Below, in pieces: positions 63,401 to 64,000 of a DNA stretch of 64,000 nt. This stretch comes from Squalus acanthias (taxonomy: Eukaryota): positions 150,972,001 through 151,036,000 of the forward strand of contig CM059431.1 in the NCBI GenBank assembly GCA_030390025.1, written 5' to 3'. A program made the position numbers and the translations under genes. Position 1 is the stretch's first letter. Every line of letters begins with the position of its first letter. The notes below the pieces were generated by a model that worked only from the letters and a program-made list of their open reading frames with translations, made no database searches and was not told the DNA's origin.

Positions 63401-64000
63401 CCTGGGTATATTTTCCACTGGAACTCTTTCCTCTGGGTCTCTTTTCCCCTGGGTCTCTTTCCCCCTCTGTCTCATACCCCTTGGTCTCCTTCCGCTGGGT
63501 CTCTTTCCCCTGGGTCTCTTTCCCCTGGATTTCATTTCCCTGGGTCTCTTTCCCCTGGGTCTCTGTTCCCATGGGTCTCTTTCCACTGGGTCACTTTTCC
63601 CTACGTCTCTTTCGACCTGGGTATCTTCCCCCAGTGTCTCTTTTTCCCCTGGGTCCCTTATCCCCGGGTCTCTTTTCCCCTGGGTGTCTTACCCCTGGAT
63701 CTCATTTCCATGGGACTCTGTCCCCTGGGTCTCTTTTCTCCTGTGTCTATTTCCACCTCTGTCTCATTCCCCTGTTCTTTTTTTCCCCTGGGTCTCTTTC
63801 CCCTGAGTCTCTTTTCCCCTTGTTCTCTTTCCCCTGGGTCTATTTTCCCCTGGTTCTCTTTCCCCTGGGTCTCATTTCCACACGGTCTCTTTCCCCTGGG
63901 TCTCTTTTCACGTAGTCTCTTTTCCCCAGGGACTCTTTCCCCTGGGGCTCTTTTCCCCTGCGTCTCTTTCCCCCTGTGTCTCAGTCACCTGGGTATCTTT
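45489..64000 (+). repeat. 15/16-bp satellite CCCCTGGGTCTCTTT(T) with multi-kb higher-order duplications
   Basis: Tandem units. Near-identical blocks occur at offsets of 2371, 7851, 1907 and 9758 bp, seen as duplicated ORF translations (46595/48966/56817; 50881/58732/60639; 51636/61394). Confidence 0.97.

Noticed and set aside
29364..64000. Many FP/GL/WVSF-rich ORFs in the 15/16-bp satellite
   Set aside because: Artefacts of the stop-poor repeat unit, with no domain content.

Overview
Vertebrate genomic DNA that is almost entirely repeat. The style of the CR1 and Penelope elements suggests a cartilaginous fish, which is an inference. In order: a 26-bp satellite (1-~10712) with an internal ~1.6-kb inversion, a 1556-bp tandem duplication and a CR1 3' fragment; two degenerate Penelope-like (RT + GIY-YIG) units with decayed hammerhead-ribozyme motifs (~10720-14945); a ~13.8-kb (GA)n/GACA polypurine array holding a 5'-truncated CR1 with an open RT frame; a 200-N gap; and a 15/16-bp satellite (29364-64000). 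The main finding is a young, apparently fully intact 12.6-kb provirus inserted in that satellite (32898-45488, minus strand; 1597-bp near-identical LTRs; CCTG target-site duplication). It has retrovirus-type Pol (YVDD RT, dead tether RNase H plus a second RNase H, integrase). Gag and pol are in frame, separated by one UGA in a UGA-CUAG readthrough context. The gag ATG overlaps the candidate primer-binding site and Gag has an overlapping PSAP/PPxY late domain. Env looks like an F-type (paramyxo/pneumo/baculovirus-like) fusion protein with an N-terminal immunoglobulin-like domain. The best interpretation is a lokiretrovirus-like element. Nearly all other ORFs in the track are artefacts of simple repeats.
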